Shown: positions 62,435 to 64,000 of the stretch, piece by piece
Position numbering within the stretch: the first letter of the stretch is position 1
Layout: the number at the start of each line of letters is the position of its first letter
From: an uncultured Eubacteriales bacterium
Lineage (GTDB): Bacteria > Bacillota > Clostridia > Christensenellales > CAG-138
DNA: 64,000 nucleotides
Direction: 5' to 3'
Assembly (NCBI GenBank): GCA_902789675.1
Contig: CADAPG010000001.1
Location: 23,859-87,858, forward strand
Program-made: the position numbers and the translations under genes
The notes under the pieces: generated by a model
Seen by the model: only the letters and a program-made list of their open reading frames with translations
Told to the model about the DNA's origin: nothing
The model's database searches: none

Positions 62435-63829
62435 TCAGAATTCAAGTCGTTGTTCGATATAGGCGCGAAGCTCCGTGATCGGAAGGCGAACCTGTTCCAT
62501 GGTATCGCGATCGCGAACGGTGACGCAATGATCGCTTTCGGAATCGAAATCGTAGGTGATGCAAAGCGGCGTGCCGATCTCGTCTTCACGGCGATACCGC
62601 TTGCCGATCGAACCGGTTTCGTCGAAATCGACGGAGAAATGCTTCAGCAGATCGAGATAGACTTCATTTGCCTGCGCGGAAAGCTTCTTGGAAAGCGGCA
62701 GAACGGCTGCTTTGAACGGCGCGAGCGCAGGATGCAGATGCAGGACGGTACGAACGTCATTGTCGAGCTGCTGCTCTTCATATGCGTTGCAGAGTACGGC
62801 AAGCACCGTACGTTCTACGCCGAGAGAAGGCTCGATGACATACGGAATATAGCGCTCGTTCCGCTCGGCATTGTAATAAGTCAGATCCTTACCGGAGGCG
62901 TTCTGATGCTGCGTCAGATCGTAATCCGTGCGATCCGCAACGCCCCAGAGCTCGCCCCAGCCGAATGGGAATTTGAATTCAAAGTCCGTCGTTGCCTTGG
63001 AATAGAAGACAAGCTCATCCGGATCGTGATCGCGAAGCCGCAGATTTTCATCCTTGATGCCGATCGAAAGCAGGAACTTATGGCAGTAGCTGCGCCAATA
63101 GTCGAACCATTCGAGATCGGTTCCGGGCTCGCAGAAGAATTCCAGCTCCATCTGTTCGAATTCACGCACGCGGAAAATGAAGTTGCCCGGCGTGATCTCG
63201 TTGCGGAAGCTCTTGCCAATCTGACCGATGCCGAACGGGAGCTTCTTCCGCGTCGTGCGCTGCACGTTTGCAAAGTTTACAAAGATGCCCTGTGCCGTTT
63301 CCGGACGCAGGTAGACCGTATTCTTTGCGTCTTCCGTCACGCCCTGGAATGTTTTGAACATCAGGTTAAATTGACGGATGTCCGTAAAGTTATGTTTGCC
63401 GCAGGTGGGGCAGGGGATCTGATGCTCCTCAATGAAGGATTTCATCTCTGCCTGCGTAAACGCATCGATCGGCTTTTCAAGCGTAAATCCGTTTTCCTGA
63501 GACCAGTCCTCGATCAGCTTGTCCGCGCGGAAACGCTCCTTGCATTCGCGACAGTCCATCAAAGGATCGGAGAATCCGCCGAGATGACCGGACGCCTTCC
63601 ATGTTTCGGAATTCATCAGGATCGCAGCGTCAAGTCCGACGTTGTAGGGGCTCTCCTGCACGAATTTCTTCCACCAAGCCTTTTTGACGTTGTTTTTCAG
63701 TTCGACGCCGAGAGGACCGTAATCCCAGGTATTGCTGAGACCGCCGTAAATCTCGGAACCCGCAAAAATGAATCCGCGGTTTTTGCAGAGGACAACGATT
63801 TTATCCATCGAATAGGTGTTCTGTTCCAT
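62435..63829 (-). CDS. glyQS: Glycine--tRNA ligase (single-chain class II, GlyQS type)
   Basis: 464 aa. N-terminal [15 protein letters not shown] and class-II motif-like [21 protein letters not shown]. Confidence 0.9.
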   Translation of the reverse strand: MEQNTYSMDKIVVLCKNRGFIFAGSEIYGGLSNTWDYGPLGVELKNNVKKAWWKKFVQESPYNVGLDAAILMNSETWKASGHLGGFSDPLMDCRECKERFRADKLIEDWSQENGFTLEKPIDAFTQAEMKSFIEEHQIPCPTCGKHNFTDIRQFNLMFKTFQGVTEDAKNTVYLRPETAQGIFVNFANVQRTTRKKLPFGIGQIGKSFRNEITPGNFIFRVREFEQMELEFFCEPGTDLEWFDYWRSYCHKFLLSIGIKDENLRLRDHDPDELVFYSKATTDFEFKFPFGWGELWGVADRTDYDLTQHQNASGKDLTYYNAERNERYIPYVIEPSLGVERTVLAVLCNAYEEQQLDNDVRTVLHLHPALAPFKAAVLPLSKKLSAQANEVYLDLLKHFSVDFDETGSIGKRYRREDEIGTPLCITYDFDSESDHCVTVRDRDTMEQVRLPITELRAYIEQRLEF

Positions 63830-63991
63830 AAAAGCTCTCCTTATTTAATCCCTGTTATTATCGTGCGAATGATCGCTTTTGTCAAGCATTTCGAAAAAGA
63901 TCGCAGGGAAAGGAACCATTTTTGAGGATGCTTCATACAATACTGTAACGACGGAAAACCGTCGAATCAACACGAACGGAGGAACAACACA

Positions 63992-64000
63992 ATGTTCAAC
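63992..64000 (+). CDS. First three codons of an unidentified gene running out of the window
   Basis: ACGGAGGAA RBS 8 nt upstream of ATG 63992. Too short to assess. Confidence 0.25.

Noticed and set aside
61718-63925. 735-aa plus-strand ORF spanning two loci
   Set aside because: It runs antisense across both recD2 and glyQS and through their intergenic terminator, so it cannot be a real gene.
63830-63991. Possible glycine T-box leader upstream of glyQS (classic in Firmicutes)
   Set aside because: Only 162 bp separate glyQS from a divergent gene start. I found no T-box consensus (reverse complement of AATTAGGGTGGTACCGCG or similar), specifier-loop or terminator/antiterminator pair.
1-64000. 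CRISPR arrays, rRNA genes, IS/transposase genes, reverse transcriptase (DGR/retron), toxin-antitoxin pairs of known type
   Set aside because: I looked for regularly spaced direct repeats, DDE or RT motifs (YxDD) and small adjacent TA-like ORFs and saw none. This was done by eye, so short or degenerate elements could have been missed.

Overview
64-kb window from a roughly mid-50s % GC (judged by eye), sporulating, dockerin-bearing Clostridia-type chromosome; Oscillospiraceae/Ruminococcaceae-like is my inference from gene content. There are three parts. (1) 1-7856, host accessory genes: a dockerin protein 3' end, a large LTD/CotH lipoprotein, an ABC-2 exporter pair, a DUF2975 + YozG-like HTH pair and a GNAT + nucleotidyltransferase pair. 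(2) 7857-41701, an apparently complete ~33.8-kb prophage inserted in the 3' end of tRNA-Ser(CGA) and bounded by a perfect 24-bp direct repeat. It carries a tyrosine integrase and an AT-rich immunity island: two small membrane proteins, a CI-like repressor, a Cro-like protein, predicted face-to-face promoters and four operator copies. Next come small early genes, a C5 DNA methyltransferase with six tandem TRD-like repeats, a Dam remnant running in frame into an HUH Rep-like gene, and an iteron array. The late genes are terminase, portal, scaffold and capsid. No tail tube, sheath or tape-measure set is recognisable. In that position sit an 825-aa protein with a dockerin-like Ca loop, one 3,361-aa ORF (~30% of the phage), a tail fibre and a lysis cassette. 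(3) 41702-64000, host core genes: tadA, truA, ecfA1-ecfA2-ecfT, an amidohydrolase, birA, the ornithine oxidative (Stickland) degradation cluster ord-ortA-ortB-oraS-oraE-mutL-like-orr, a YedE/YedF/DUF3343/cysteine-desulfurase-like cluster, murI, spoIIID, comFC, recD2 and glyQS. I saw no CRISPR array, rRNA, reverse transcriptase or transposase. The most unusual material is in the prophage: the giant multi-domain virion ORF with an AT-rich nuclease-like cassette, the dockerin-like virion protein, the AT-rich membrane-protein pair beside the repressor, and the Dam-remnant/Rep/iteron region. All functional calls rest on motifs and context read by eye; no database search or computation was run.
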